A DNA stretch of 64,000 bases from Microgenomates group bacterium GW2011_GWC1_46_15 (lineage in GTDB: Bacteria; Patescibacteriota; Microgenomatia; UBA1400; UBA12028). Position numbers and translations under genes: made by a program. Position 1 is the first letter of the stretch; every line of letters starts with the position of its first letter. The stretch is from positions 2,560 to 66,559 of the forward strand of contig LCLX01000003.1 of NCBI GenBank assembly GCA_001002285.1, given 5' to 3'. Shown here piece by piece: positions 19,535 through 32,300 of this stretch. Below the pieces are notes generated by a model. The model was not told where the DNA came from and searched no databases. It saw nothing but the letters and a program-made list of their open reading frames with translations.

Positions 19535-21601
19535 ATGGCTCCTGCTCGATTCAGCCAGAGGGTTGTACTCGGAACAATTGTTGTGATTGTTTTGTTATTG
19601 CGCATGTGCGTATCGGGCGTGCGCGCCGGCATCAGTGATACCGGCGTTGCCAGCGACGAAACACTTTCTACAAACCCAAAAGCGCGGCAAACAAGCATCA
19701 CCGCTTCGGTCCGCGACCGCATTAATCCCACTACTCCCATTCTTGTTTCTCCGGAAAATAACAGTACAGTGGCGCAAAACATGTTTGGTTTTGTGTGGAA
19801 AGAAAGTACCGACGACTACGGCATCGCAAAGTATCAGTTGTATCTTGATGGCGTGTTACAGTTTGACAACATCAGCACAAGTAATCAGACCACCACACAG
19901 TTTACGCTTATCGTTTCTTCCGGCGTTCTCACGCTCACACCAAAAACAGCGCTCACTGATGGCGACCACACGTGGAAAATTACCGCGTTTGATGCGAATG
20001 GAAACACCGCCGACTCAGCAACGTGGAACTTTACGATTGATACCGTTGCGCCAGTTTTGATTGTGACTTCGATTGATGGACAAACGGTTTCTATTTCTGC
20101 CCAAGACACCTCAACTATTCCATCATCTACTATTATGTTGAGCCACAACGAACCCGAGGTGTTCGGAACGTCTGAAGCCAACGCGTCTATTACTCTTAGC
20201 ATTCGTTCTGGCTCAACGGTGATCGCAACGCTAGATACAACGGCAGATGGTGCTGGCGCGTGGTTCTTCACGCTTCCCGTTTTGCCAAGGGACACGCTCC
20301 TTTTACTTCAGGTTATTGCCAGAGATGCTGTGGGCAACATGAGCATGATTGATGGGATTCCTATGAAACTCCTCACTCCTTTTATTACACTCCCTGGACC
20401 ACTTCCGCCCATTCCGTTCATTCCTCCACAAGAAGCGGCTAAAGAAATTACACAACAGATTATTACATCGCTCTTTCCCCCTGCTACAGCAAAAGTTGTT
20501 ACCGAGGTGTTAGACACGATTACTCCCCTTGCAAACTCATTCCTTGGCCTTTTGCTCCCATTGGTACGGGTGTTGATTGGCCTTTCTTTGCTTGGCATTC
20601 CGTTTTTCACGCTTACGCCCGGGATTGTTGGTAGTGTTTTGCACGCCACGTATCTTTTGTTCCCATTTCTCCCATGGAGAAAAGGCGGCATTGTGTATGA
20701 CGAGGAAACACGCAAGGGAGTGCCGTTTGCTTTAGTGACGATATACTCGGTTGATCTTACTCAAGGAAAGCAGAATAGCGCTTCCCCCGCGCAATCTCAA
20801 AGCGTTATTGGTGTTGATCCTGATTTCCCTGGAAAACTGCGCCAATTCAAACAGGTTGTGAGCGATGGCGATGGGGTTTATCCGGAGGTTTTGTTGCCTA
20901 AAGGCGTCTATGTGCTCGCAGTGAGTCATGCTGATTACGCGTACGCACGCTCACTTGAGAAAGTCTCTGGCCTCAGTGGTAGCCCCGACATTAAAATTCG
21001 AGAGAAAGAAGCCGATGATACGGTTTGGAGCGGCGAACGCATTATTGTTTCTCAAGACAAAACTCTTCTGCGCGCGATGCTTCCTATGGTTCATATACAA
21101 AAGGCTCAAACTGTTGTTGGTGTTCTTGAACCTCCAAAACCAGGCATGTTGGGCTTGCGGTACACCATTGCCAAGCTTCCAAACTCGGTTGTTTTTACGT
21201 TTACCATCCTTATGATATTTCCACTTCTCCTTTCGCCCACTGTCTGGAATGCGCTCGTGATGGCAGTGTATCTTGTGGTAAGTAGCCGACGGTTTGCCCG
21301 AGGACACCGAACACCAAACCTGGTTGGAACCGTACTGGAAGAGAACAAGGCTTCTCCCGCAGCATTTGCCCTCGTTTCTGTTGTACAGAACACTCCAGCA
21401 GCGACTAGACCATCCAGGATGGGGACTGTTGTTGAGATTTGCCACACCGATGCGTTCGGAACATTCCAAACCCGTGTACGGCCGGGGTCGTATATGGTAA
21501 CAGCAATTGGTGCCCATGGGACAAACTCCGAAGTTATCGCCACCGAAGTTGTGCGGTCTGAGGGACGTGCGGTGGCTCTTGTCCTCCACCCATCTATGTA
21601 A
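19535..21601 (+). CDS. Membrane-anchored surface protein with Ig/FN3-like domains and two carboxypeptidase-regulatory-like domains separated by TM segments
   Basis: L.SP.N...F.W...D..GI..Y.L.LDG, GDHTWKITAFD..GN, DT.AP, GIVYDEET.KGVPFA.V and TDAFG.F...PG.Y; TATGAT 7 nt before ATG 19535. Confidence 0.7.
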   Translation: MAPARFSQRVVLGTIVVIVLLLRMCVSGVRAGISDTGVASDETLSTNPKARQTSITASVRDRINPTTPILVSPENNSTVAQNMFGFVWKESTDDYGIAKYQLYLDGVLQFDNISTSNQTTTQFTLIVSSGVLTLTPKTALTDGDHTWKITAFDANGNTADSATWNFTIDTVAPVLIVTSIDGQTVSISAQDTSTIPSSTIMLSHNEPEVFGTSEANASITLSIRSGSTVIATLDTTADGAGAWFFTLPVLPRDTLLLLQVIARDAVGNMSMIDGIPMKLLTPFITLPGPLPPIPFIPPQEAAKEITQQIITSLFPPATAKVVTEVLDTITPLANSFLGLLLPLVRVLIGLSLLGIPFFTLTPGIVGSVLHATYLLFPFLPWRKGGIVYDEETRKGVPFALVTIYSVDLTQGKQNSASPAQSQSVIGVDPDFPGKLRQFKQVVSDGDGVYPEVLLPKGVYVLAVSHADYAYARSLEKVSGLSGSPDIKIREKEADDTVWSGERIIVSQDKTLLRAMLPMVHIQKAQTVVGVLEPPKPGMLGLRYTIAKLPNSVVFTFTILMIFPLLLSPTVWNALVMAVYLVVSSRRFARGHRTPNLVGTVLEENKASPAAFALVSVVQNTPAATRPSRMGTVVEICHTDAFGTFQTRVRPGSYMVTAIGAHGTNSEVIATEVVRSEGRAVALVLHPSM

Positions 21602-21933
21602 CAAGCCGTTTTACGTCGATTGTGCGCGGTCGTTCATTCATACCTGATATTCCTCAAGTACCCCGCCGTTATTGGTCAGTATTACCGTATTCACGCATTA
21701 TTATTGCATTGTTATTTAAATACTTAAACATATCAATGAATATCAAATGCCTCCCATTTCTCGCAGATTTTTCGTGAATATCATCAGCTGAGGCAAATTT
21801 TTTTCATACATTGTTTCGTGTTTCCGCAGTGTTCTCCGGGATTATTGAGGGTGGGAACGAATACAATCTTTATATATCAATCTATATCACAAAAAATATG
21901 TACGGGGTAGATACGAACAAAAAGCGTAACCGC

Positions 21934-22788
21934 CTACTTTTCTTCCCGAGTGGCCAGGCTTGCACTAAGCGCGATATAGGTTGACCAGCACTTTTCTGCC
22001 TGGAAATCATCCGGAAGAAGCTGCGCGGGAAGACCGGGATCGGACTTTACCATCTGGTAGATATGTGTTGAGAGTAAAGAAAACTGGTGTTTTATGCTAT
22101 CGTTCAACTCGTTTTGCCGTTCAACCCCATGTAGCAGACTTACTGCTCGAGTGCGGAGTTTCGCATACTGTTTGGATAAAAAGTCCATATTCCAGCTCTG
22201 CCGGACAAACTCTTTCTCATCTCCAAAAAGAAACCTGCGTGTTTCCAGCCCAATCAACAACTTTAACTTCTTCGCCTTGGCCAATGTCGAGATCATGCGA
22301 TCATCTATCGGAAATGGCGTTGCGTACACACCCCGAGTGAGGGACATAAATCCCCAAGTGCTCAATGTTCCCCGCAAAGCACGGTACTCCTGAGAAAGAA
22401 TTGTTTTCTTTTCCTTGTCTAGATAACCATGGCCAAACTCGCGTACCCCGCGAAAGATGAGTACTCGCCAGCGCTCATCCCATTTTTTCTTCAGAAAGAC
22501 TGAGCGCGGGAACTGCGCAAGGACTGCTTCACGGCCAACAGAGGTGAGGCGCATGTGCGTACCCCCGCCGCGCTGAACCGTCGAAATTAGGCTTTCGCGC
22601 TGGAGCGTGGCAACAGCGCCACGGAGTGTTGATTGTGGAACATTTGGCAAGCGCCAAGAAAGCTGGGCATAGGTAAGGTATGGAAATACTGTGGAAGAAA
22701 AAACATCTGCTTCCTCTTGTTTTTTCGCAGTCGTGGCAAGGAAAAAAAGAACAAGATCGCGGGTTGAAGACATAGGATGATCATACAC
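21934..22788 (-). CDS. PaaX-family transcriptional regulator (winged helix, Cas2-like central domain, PaaX_C)
   Basis: RLTSVG, WDERWRVLIF, LRG.L..WGF..L.RGVY..P, W....L...Y and DPGLPAQLLPDDF. Confidence 0.85.
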   Translation of the reverse strand: MYDHPMSSTRDLVLFFLATTAKKQEEADVFSSTVFPYLTYAQLSWRLPNVPQSTLRGAVATLQRESLISTVQRGGGTHMRLTSVGREAVLAQFPRSVFLKKKWDERWRVLIFRGVREFGHGYLDKEKKTILSQEYRALRGTLSTWGFMSLTRGVYATPFPIDDRMISTLAKAKKLKLLIGLETRRFLFGDEKEFVRQSWNMDFLSKQYAKLRTRAVSLLHGVERQNELNDSIKHQFSLLSTHIYQMVKSDPGLPAQLLPDDFQAEKCWSTYIALSASLATREEK

Positions 22789-22791
22789 GAG

Positions 22792-22953
22792 AAAGATCGG
22801 GACTTAAAGGAAACTAAGGGTTGGGATTGATATACAAATCCCTTTTATACATTTTGGCAAGTTATACACACGATTTAGCGAACCCCCTATATGGGTAGAT
22901 CGGGACTTAGCCAAGAGCCGATTATGCTTACTCAAGTGACGAGTCCCGAACTT
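22792..22953 (+). repeat. Dispersed palindromic repeat family 1, copy B
   Basis: Same three boxes as 14162-14313; begins immediately upstream of the paaX-like start. Confidence 0.9.
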
Positions 22954-23390
22954 GTTATTCCCGCATCTTTTCACACAGAAACGATTCGGGTATTTCGTGG
23001 AGATACTCAACACATACTGCTTTTTCTTCGCACATTGCATAAGACATGTGGATATTTCTCAAGTGATTTTTATCTGTTTATAAATAAGGAAATGAAGAAC
23101 AAGAAAAACAAACAATACACAATGTGTTCAAAAAAGGTTGAAAACTCGAGATATCGCCCGCACTGCCTCCCTAGTTTTGATACATTCTGATACTTATATA
23201 TATCAGTGAAAAAAGAATTGTGAAATATAGATACCACAATCATCCGGATACTATATATGCCTGGAAATTTCCCCTTGACTGCGGTATCTGGAACTCCATA
23301 CAGTGACAACTATGACACACCAAAAAATCAACAGTATGACAAAAACACGCGCGTCTAATGTTATCTAATGCTTGAGGAAAATTAAAAACA

Positions 23391-26300
23391 ATGAGTCCTG
23401 CCGACATCAACTACTCACGACCTCAATTTTCCGTTCCGGAGCACGTTATCGCGCGTATTGAAGCGGTGCTTAAACAGTTTGCAGAATTTTTATTTGCTCA
23501 ACAGCTTTCAAAAAAATCAGTGACAAATTATCTTTCAGATGTTCGCGTGTTTTTAGAACACCGTTTGGCAAACAATCAGGCGTTTCAGGAACGCGCGGCA
23601 GAAAAAGACCTCAAGCAGTGGCTTTCTTCCCTTGAGCAGGATATTACAGCCTACAGGGCAGAACTCCTCGAGGAAGCCACCCCTCTCTCGACAATTAATC
23701 GGTACATGGCCTCATTCCGACAATTTGGCGCATTCCTTACTGCTGTCCACCAGATCAGCGCCTTCGGTCATTCTTCTGGCGAGTATCTTAAAAACATTTC
23801 ATTTTCCCCCGAGTCACACCTACATTCCTTGAGTGACCGACTGCTTCAGCAGTTCAAGTTGGCGCTCACCCATCGTGGTTGCTCAGACTCTACAATCAAG
23901 AATTATTGTGCTGATATGCACCAATACATGCAATGGCTAGGAGAAAAACCGGTTTTCCCAGATCAGATCAAACGGGGTGTTGCGGAATATTTGGGATTTT
24001 TGCGGAAAAAAGGTGCGTCGCGCGCAACAAAAGCACGTGCTCTCACCAGTTTAAAGCAGTTTTATCGATGGGCAAACGAGTCCCAGTACATCAAAAAGAA
24101 TCCTTTTGCATCAAAAATGGCAGAGGTTGGGACTTTCGTTAAAACTGCGTTTACTCCACTTGCCTTTTTTGAGAGGTTCCGAAAAGCGCCTCAGCAAACA
24201 CCTCAAGAAAAAGTTTCAGAAGAATCCTCTCGAAGACTCTCTCCAATCACCCAAGCCTACGACCGGTACACCCGTTGGCCGGTGAGTTCATATCTTCATC
24301 TGGCCATCTTAATCCTTTTTGTTACGTTGCTTGGTGTGTTCGGCTATCAACAGCTCTTTTTAAACGCCGAGAAAAAACTTGCGTTCCCCACCGCCCTCAC
24401 CCGCCCCAACCGCACTCTGTCTTTCCAGGGTCGTTTAACAGACAGCACAGGCCAAACACCAATCACAACTGCAACAAACTTTACATTCAAGCTTTTTGAC
24501 GCACTTACCGTTGGAAATCAGCTCTGGAACTCGGGAACCTGTAGCATCACGCCGGATCAGGACGGCGTATTTTCGACATTGCTCGGAAGCAGCTGTGGTG
24601 CGGAAATCGACAGTGGCGTGTTCAGCGAAAACCCCAACGTATACCTCGAGGTTACGGTGGTCGCGGAGACACTCACCCCAAGGCAACAAATCGCGACGGT
24701 TGGCTACGCATTAAATGCAGAAACACTTCAAGGCTACCCTGCCTCTGCCAGCGCAGTAGAAAACACGGTGCTCATCATGAACAACTCTGGTCAAGTGCTC
24801 TTGGGGAACGCTTCACCTGTGCTCCGTTCAAACTCCGGCACGTTTACAGTCCAGGGCAACGCGCTTACGCTCTCCACAAACACGGGAACGGCTGGCAACA
24901 TTTCGATTGCGCCCGATGGAGTGGGCCAGCTCAATCTCCTCGGTGGAACCACAACGCAGGATTTTATCAGTGTAACGAACGCAAACCTCACAACGGGAAA
25001 ACTGATAAACGGCACGGTCGGAAATAACAATACTGGATACAAATTTTTATCATTTACCGGGGGGTCTGTCCCATCTGAAAAGTTCTATGTGGGGGCACTT
25101 GGAAACGTGTATGCAGGCAACTCAATTTTTGCTCCGGTGGCTACAATCAGTGCAACAAATACCAGCGCTACACCGCTCATAATCAACGGAACTGGAGGAC
25201 AAATTTTCTCAATTGCGAATAGTGGAAACATGACTGGAGCAGGAACGCTTACAGGACTTACGGGATTAACATCGAGCGGCACAATCACATTCTCGGGGTT
25301 AAACACAGCGGGCGCAGTAGTGTACACGAACGGCTCGGGCGTACTGGGAGATACAGCACAAGGTGTGAGTGGGTACGTTCTCACCTCTGGTGGAGCGGGC
25401 ACGCCAACATGGCAAGATCCAGCGACACTTACCGGGGCAAACTATTGGCAGTTGAACAGCCAAGTGTTGGCACCAGGAAATACAACACTTGATCTTGCAG
25501 TTGGCGGAAACTCAACAGCGGCCGCACTGTTCCGCGTGTCCGGCACGCCAACAACTTCAGGCAATGGCGCGGTGTTGTCGTCTACCACACTCACAACCGG
25601 AAACCTCCTCAGTCTTTCATCAACCGCAACATCACTCACTTCCGGTAAGTTACTTTCACTCGACTGGTCGCCGGGAAGCGCGATCACAGCAACCGGTGAC
25701 TTGTTTAACATCAACATCGGCTCAAATGGAACCGTGGGAAATTTGCTGAACATCACGGATAACGGGTCGTCTCTTTTTTCCGTTTCAGAAACCGCGGTGA
25801 CGAGTAATTTACCAACGTCGTTTACCTCATCGGGTGATGTTTTAATCGCGTATGATCTGATTTTTACTAATCCAACCGCATCGTACATAAAATCTTCGGC
25901 ACCACTGTATTTGCAGGCTGGTGAAATGTTTAACTCCAGCGATCTCACGCTCCGCACGTTCAACAAAGGCAACGTGATTATAGACTCCGAGGTACTTGTT
26001 GCAAACTACGCCGCCACTGTTGCATCCCAGTTGGTTGTTGGAACAACAACTGCACCCGCGAACATTGGCGGGCTGTATCTCACAAACGCCACAACATATG
26101 GAAAAGCGTTGGCAATATTGAACCAAACCGAGTCGCAGGATATTTTTACCGCGTCGGCATCTTCGGTAGCAAAGTTCACAATTGCAAACAACGGCAACCT
26201 CACAGCAACAGGGACAATCACCGGACTGACCGGCATTACTTCAAGCGGAACGATTACGTTTAGCGGGCTTAACACCGCGGGCGCAGTGGCATACACAAAC

Positions 26301-29300
26301 GGCTCGGGTGTGCTGGGGGTGACGGCACAGGGCGTAAGCGGATATTTGCTGACCTCTGCCGGAGCAAGCACACCAACATGGACTGATCCTGTAACGGTTG
26401 GTACCAACTACTGGCAGTTAAACAACAAGGTGTTGGCACCGGGCAACACGACGTATGATTTGGCAATTGGCGGAAACTCGACGGCGGCGGCAAAGTTCCA
26501 GGTGTTTGGCGAAAGTGGGAATGCGACATCCACCGGTACGCTCACGTTTAACGGGGCAGCATTGGCTAACAATGTCATTGCGGCACGGCGCAATGTTGGA
26601 CTGCAGATTGGCGACACGTATACCGGAAACATTATTATTGATTCAAACAATTGGTTGAAACTCAATACAACAAACAACCAAGCGATTACCACAGGTACGG
26701 GTCTTATCACGTTGGCCGGCAATGTAGACGCAATCAACGGGTTGGACGTGACCACCGCGAACTTAACCGTGGGCGGTGCAAACTTTAGCGTTGCACCAGG
26801 AACCGGAAACATTACGACTGCCGGCGACCTGGCGCTCAACGGCGGCGATCTCACCTCTATCGCGACCACGTTTAACTTTGACATCGGCAACACTGGAGTG
26901 CTGAACTTCCGCGATGGGACAAACACGCTGTTTTCCATTACCGACGGTGGAACACAAGGCAACGCCAGTTCTTCGGGAAACCTTACTCTTGGCGGACAGT
27001 TCCAACTGGGACGATTCGCAACCGCACCTACGGGACTTGGAACAGGCGCGCTCTACTACGACACCACATCCAGTAACATCTTCTTTTACAACGGAAGTAC
27101 TTGGACAGCGGTAGGTTCGGGAAGTGGCGCAAGCTGGTGGAATCAGGCTACCGGCGCCCTGTATCCACTCAACTCCACCGTTGATATGTTGATTGGCGGA
27201 CAGGCAACAACAAGCGCAAAGTTTGCGTTCATCAACGTTAACAGTGGAAATCCAACGGCAAGTATTTCCGGGAACCTCGCGATTGCCGCTCCCGCAGGGG
27301 CAGATCCGGCAACAACATACGATGTTTTAAACGGCGGGACATATAACCTTCGCACATCCGTTGGTGGAGACTTGGGATTAACATCCAGATTGTTTATTAC
27401 AAACGGCGGAAATGTCGGAATCGGGACTGTCAATCCAACGTCATTTAAACTTCAAGTGGCTGGCGATACCGGTCCAAATGCGGATGCATCGTATGATCTT
27501 GGTTCAACTGCGCTCCAGTGGAAAAATATCTATCTCTCTGGTTCATTATGTTTCGACATGGCGGACTGCGCGACAAGTTGGGCAACCGTTGGAACAAACT
27601 ATTGGCAGTTGGACAATCTTGTACTTTCACCGGGGAATAGTACGCTCGATATCGCGGTGGGCGGGAGTGCGACAAGTTCGGCAAAGTTCCAGGTGTTTGG
27701 GGTTAGTGGAAACGCAACAACAACAGGAACGCTTACGTTTAATGGTGCAACGCTCGCCAATAATGTGATCGCGGCACGACGCAATGTGGGATTACAAATT
27801 GGGGGAGGAACAGAAACAGGAGACATTCTTCTTGACTCGAACACATTCCTCCGGTTAAACACAATCAATAACCAAGCGATCACCACGGGAACCGGGCAGA
27901 TGACCCTCGCCGGCAATGTGGACGCAATCAACGGGTTGGACGTGACCACCGCGAACTTAACCGTAGGCGGCGCAAACTTCAGTGTTGCACCGGCAACCGG
28001 CAACATTATTACTGCTGGTGATCTTGCACTCAACGGCGGCGATCTCACCTCTATCGCGACCACGTTTAATTTTGATATTGGGAATACCGGGGTGCTCAAC
28101 TTCCGCGATGGGACAAATACGCTTTTTGCGATCAACGATTACGGCACGCAAGGGTACGCAACATCGTCTGGTGACCTCGGCCTTGGCGGCCAGTTTCAAC
28201 TTGGGCGATTCTTTACAAACCCCACCACGATCGGCAAAGGAAGCCTTGTATACAACACCGCAACCGACTCTGTGTATTACTCTGATGGTTCAACATGGAA
28301 CCAATTTGCGAGTTACGCGGCCGCAACGGTGTGGACCGATGGTGGAACATACCTCTACCCAACAAACCGTGAGTCCGCGCGTATCTATGATGCTGGCGGC
28401 ACCGATTACATTGACATCGCACACGACGGCACAAATGTAGTTATTACAACCGCAAATACCACAAAAATCACGATTGACGCTGCGGTAGATCTGGCAAGTA
28501 CACTCAATGTTGGCGGCAACACGATTACATCTCCGGGAGATCTTTCGCTCAATGCAAGCGGAACAAAAGTCATTGTGTCGCCGGACTTACAGGTGAACGG
28601 TGGTGATATTCTCGGTGCCAGTGGTGAAACACGCATCACGCTTGTGGATGCGCTCAATCTCACAAACTTTAGCGGGAGCGTAGACATTAACGGAAGCTAC
28701 GCGGGTAACGACGGCTTTTTGACCGCCAACCGCACCGCAACGATCAGTTCGCTTATTGCAACCGACACCCCCCTTACGCTCCGCGACAACAACGCGATGA
28801 ATCTGCTCACCGTTGCAAACAGCGGGCTTATTACCGTGCGCACCGCAACGATTAGTTCACAGGCGGTGAATAGTCTGGATACGGTGGCATTCACGCTGAA
28901 TGCTGCGAACTCGCTCACAACCCAGGGAGCAAAACTTCTCTCTGTTCAAAACGCGACCATTGAGAAGTTCTATGTGGACAAAGACGGAAACATCTACGCG
29001 GCCGGAACAATTTTGGCGGGCAACGGCATGGGCATGCTCATGCAGAATAAAAGCGGTGGCACAGTGGCACAAAAAGCGATTGTGATCGTGGACACGTCAA
29101 ACAACTCCGCGTTCACGACTACCACAACGCCGTACAGCAAAGGGATGTACGGCATTATTACCGGCGTTGGGCTTGGAACAATAAACGATGCAAATAGTGA
29201 TGGAAACTGTGACGCCAATGATATCTGTATGGTGGCCGTGGGCGGCGAGGTGAATGTAACAATCAAAAATACGACAACGGTTGCCAAAGGCGACTATGTG

Positions 29301-32300
29301 TACACGAGCGACACCGCGGGGTCTGCGGTTACGTCCGCAAAATTATTTGACGGCATGCTGGGCGTGGTCACGAACACTTCTACCTCCGGCTCCGGCTACG
29401 TCAAGTTCATCTTTAAACCACAAACGCAGGTTACGGCCGCGGCCAGTATTGACAAGGGCAGCAAGTACAACGAGTACAAGCTCTATGCCGACGACTACAC
29501 CGGTGTGGGCGAAGGCACCAGTCCCAACGACAACCTCAATACCAAAGGCATGTACTTTGACAATCTGCTGGACACCACCAAAACGGACAGCGCCAACACC
29601 ACGGTTTCTGCTCCCACGCAAGTGAGTGCCACCACCGGCAATCCCACCCCCGCCGCCCCATTCCGCGCCGGCCTCATCGGCGGCCAAACCATGTCCGCGG
29701 CTACCACCGACAACGCCGGGAACACGTATCTCGGAAGCTCCACCGTCAACAAGACCGTGTACTACGACCGCACGCGCGACTCCTCCGCCCAAGTCCAAGT
29801 CGAACTCGGCATCGATCCCAACTGGTACAACGGCGTCACCCTGGCCGTCGCCACCACCAGCGCGTCATTCTCACAAAACTCCACGATCTGGACACCCAAC
29901 CCCAACCTCTCTAGCACCTACAACGGCTCGCTTCTCCAGGCGAGCGGAACGTACGCGAGCAACGCCAAAACTATCTACGTCACCATCAAGTCTCCCACCA
30001 CGTTTGATTGGACAAACTATAACGGAAATTCAGCTACGGGAGTAACCGTCACCCCAGGGACTAGTCAGTCCCTGGCTGGAACGGGCGTCTCGGTCAAATT
30101 TACGGATGCCAAATACAACACCGGAGATGTCTTCAAAATCGCCTCCTGGTTCGTGGAACCCTCCGGCTCAACCAGAGGCACCAAACAGCAGTTCCCCGAA
30201 CGAGCGATCATCGTAGCCAGCAATACAAATGTTGACATTATCGATGCAGACACGCAGAAACTTTGGATGGATTTTAGTAGCGGCGGGACATGGCTGACGT
30301 CAAATAATTTACTCGCCGCATCTGGCTCTAACGTCGTTTCATCTGTTTCTGTGTTGAACGGAAAAATGCATGCAGGATTAAACGCGAATAACCAGAGATT
30401 GGTAAAAATCGATTTTTCCACTGATAGCGGTGGATCATATCAGACTACAGGATGGCGTGATTACCTGGGAAATATAGCCGAGCGTAACGGTGGAATGGGA
30501 GTAAGCGGATTAAATGGAACTGTTAGTATAGTAAATAACAACGTCAACGACGTAGCGGCCAACGTCATCCCCAACGCTCCCACCCAAACCACGACCGTCA
30601 GCGGCTGGGGATATTTTAGCTTGAGTTCTGCCAGCGAAACCGTCAATCTGCCCTATAAATTCAACACTAATCCGAACATCGTCATCACCTCCGCCGGTCA
30701 CTCCGGCACCACCACGCCGGTCAATCTGGCCAGCTGTACCACCGCCAGCGCCAAAACTGTCGTCACCGATAACACCACGACAACCAGTTTTACCGCCCGC
30801 GAAAGCGCTTTGGACGCGACCAACTATCAGTGCTATTCCTGGACCGCCACCGGCCAGGTCAGCCCGAGACAATTTGTCGGTGCCGCCACCGACGCAGGAG
30901 TGACCGTCGTCAACGAAACCGACGCCACGGCCTACTCCTATTCCGATGCCACCAATGACGCCTATCAAAATGTAGCCCTTACGTCCAAAGGTACGCTCTA
31001 CGGCCTGAACTCGACGGAAAATCAGCTGGAAAAATGGACTTCCATACCCGCCGATACTGCCGCCAGAACGAATGGCACGCCGGACAACGTCTGGGCAAAT
31101 GCCGGCAACGACTCCTTCACCAAGCTTCTCATCCACGCGGATGGCACAAACGGCGCAACCACGTTTACTGACAGTTCGCCGAATGCCCGCACGCTGACAA
31201 CAAACGCAAACGCACAAATATCTACTGCTCAAAAGAAATTCGGTCCCTCTTCCATACTTTTAGACGGCACCGGCGATTACGTATCCGCCGCCGACAGCGA
31301 AGACTGGAATATTGGCAATGGAGATTTCACTATTGATCTTTGGGTTAACTTTTCAGTTTTACAAAATACTATGTTCGTCGAACAAACAACGGACGTAAAT
31401 AACTATCTTCAGCTTTACTGGACTACGTCAAATATCATCTACATGGCCATAAGAAATGCAGGAGCAGACAACATTAGCTTCAACGGAAGCTGGACACCGT
31501 CAACAGGCACATGGTACCACGTTGCGTTTGTCCGATATGGTACTCGGGCGAACATCTACATTAATGGGATATCCGTCGCCACCAAAACCAACATTAGTGC
31601 CGGAGCGGCAAACTACACCTCTGCGTTGGCCGTCGGCTGCTCTCCGTTCAACGGTTGTGGATATGATCTTAATGGCTACATGGATGAATTCCGTTTTACC
31701 AAAGGGCATGCCCGCTGGACCGATAACTTTACCGTCCCCACGAACCCGTACGCGAAAAATGTTGCGATTGCCCCGCTCCCGCCAACCATCCAATCTTCTC
31801 CCAGCAATCTTTCTGTAACCGAAGGAACCTCTGCTGTAGACGGAACCAGCGATACGCTGTACATCGGAACCAATCAGGGGGTCGCTGTCATTCAGGATAA
31901 ATCCACCGTCAGCAGCCGCAACGATAACGGCGACGAACAAAGCGGCTCCGCCAAATACTACACCAAAGACTATGTTTCTGAAGAACTTATGGGTAACGTC
32001 GTCGGCATGTGGCCGCTCACTTCCGGTTACGGGTCGGGGCTGTCCGACGCATCATCAAATCAAAGCGGAAGCGCGTTATTGAACGGGACCACCGCACCTA
32101 CGTACACTGCCTCCGGCGTCCGCGGACAGGCTGCCACGCTGGGCGCCTCTGCCGCAACGGCAACAACGAGCGCAGGACTCGTAAACCAAAACATCAACAC
32201 CATCAAAACCGTTTCCGCCTGGATTTACCCCACCACGCTCACCACTACCAACGGCACGCGGGAGATGGCGGTCTCCGCCGACGCCAACTCCGCCTCGGTT

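Noticed and set aside
21685-21725. Possible dif-like site (CACGCATTATTATTGCATTGTTATTTAAAT)
   Set aside because: Only a loose resemblance in AT-rich DNA; arm spacing does not fit the 11-6-11 consensus.
21934-22953. CRISPR-Cas (Cas2-like domain plus nearby repeats)
   Set aside because: The Cas2-like fold is part of the PaaX family. The repeats are dispersed rather than a regularly spaced array, and no cas genes are present.
23391-24200. Functional integrase or prophage boundary
   Set aside because: No catalytic tyrosine-recombinase domain, no att-like duplication, and no capsid, terminase or portal genes in the window.
25240-28300. Diversity-generating retroelement TR/VR pair
   Set aside because: Both copies are in-frame coding repeats with mostly synonymous differences rather than adenine-specific ones, and no reverse transcriptase lies in the window.
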